A stretch of DNA of 64,000 nt, taken from the NCBI GenBank assembly GCA_963693365.1, contig CAVNZM010000003.1, positions 11,443,651-11,507,650 on the forward strand. Reading direction: 5' to 3'. Below the pieces are notes generated by a model. That model ran no database searches, was not told where the DNA came from, and was given only the letters and a program-made list of their open reading frames with translations. This DNA comes from Amoebidium appalachense (Eukaryota > Protista > Ichthyosporea). Made by a program: the position numbers and the translations under genes. Positions 63,299 to 64,000 of the stretch are shown piece after piece; positions within the stretch are counted from its first letter, which is position 1, and the number at the start of each line of letters is the position of its first letter.

Positions 63299-63541
63299 TG
63301 TTGCGAATATTAATTGTGCGTAATGAAATCGAACTTCAAGATATGGAGGTGGAGTCAGCTGAAAGAACGTGCACGAGTGCCTATTAGCAGAAGAAATGCA
63401 CTCTATATTTTTAAACTTTGGAAATTTTTTGTAGTATTCTCGTGGTTCATACGGTAACGGGGTTGCACTTGCTTTACTGTGCCGCGCCGAGAGTGATGCT
63501 TCAGGTGTTTTGTGACTGAAGAACTCCATCAGACACCGGGC

Positions 63542-63550
63542 TTTATATAC
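63542..63550 (-). promoter_or_regulatory. TATA box (GTATATAAA) of unknown secreted gene copy 2
   Basis: Lies in the conserved block catt ccacagatggcggaaagcaagtatataaag shared with copy 1. Confidence 0.6.
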
Positions 63551-64000
63551 TTGCTTTCCGCCATCTGTGGAATGTGGCCCCTGGGGAAACGTGCATGCCA
63601 ATCTGTTGGAAGTTTCCCGCCGCCCTACAGTCACAGCCCGTGGCTGCATCAATTATGTATCACCTTGGCGACAAACAACACCTGGTTTGATCCATTATAA
63701 GACACAAAAGAAAGAACTTGTATTTGCCTTTATTTTTGTTTTCGAAGCGTGCCCAGTGCCGGGCCATAAAGGGCGTGAGTTGTCACCGTCGCCCTCGAGC
63801 GTCAGACACAATATCGAGCCCCGACAAAACCGTCGTTTGATTGGCTTACTTGTTTGCGTCTGTGAGACTTGCGGGTGCAGGCTCCTGATAAACGTCGGTC
63901 TGGTAGAAGGACCAAACAAAGGCTGGTGAAATGTGTTCTGTTGCATTATTATACCTGGAAAGGCGTGGGTTGAGGAAGGAATAATGGGAATCCGAAAAGG

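Noticed and set aside
63299-63652. N-terminal extensions of ORFs 62678..63652 and 50684..51712
   Set aside because: Signal peptides start at internal ATGs (63298, 51580). The first extension spans the TATA box and is not open in the paralogue.

Overview
Eukaryotic genomic DNA with GT-AG introns full of (CA/GT)n, (CT/GA)n and poly-C/poly-G runs. Almost all ORFs in the supplied six-frame track are artefacts of these repeats. Splicing by hand reveals a ~35 kb, 38-39 exon plus-strand gene (13842-48708, ~1219 aa) that the ORF track does not show. It encodes a single-module NRPS-like enzyme: adenylation (glycine-type code DILQLGMVWK), thiolation, thioesterase, an RRxS/T-rich linker, then a C-terminal beta-sandwich that aligns by eye with the RhoGDI/ML lipid-binding Ig fold. 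An intronless, membrane-anchored FkbM-family methyltransferase gene is nested on the same strand inside one of its introns. An RPEL-repeat (G-actin-binding) gene lies head-to-head upstream. Downstream is an island of intronless secreted-protein genes sharing a GTATATAAA box: a ricin-B-like lectin, a choloylglycine-hydrolase-family Ntn amidase, and an inverted pair of near-identical unknown proteins. Two MITE-like elements, a dispersed ~100-bp repeat family and several minisatellites are also present. All exon calls and family assignments were made by eye; no database search was run.
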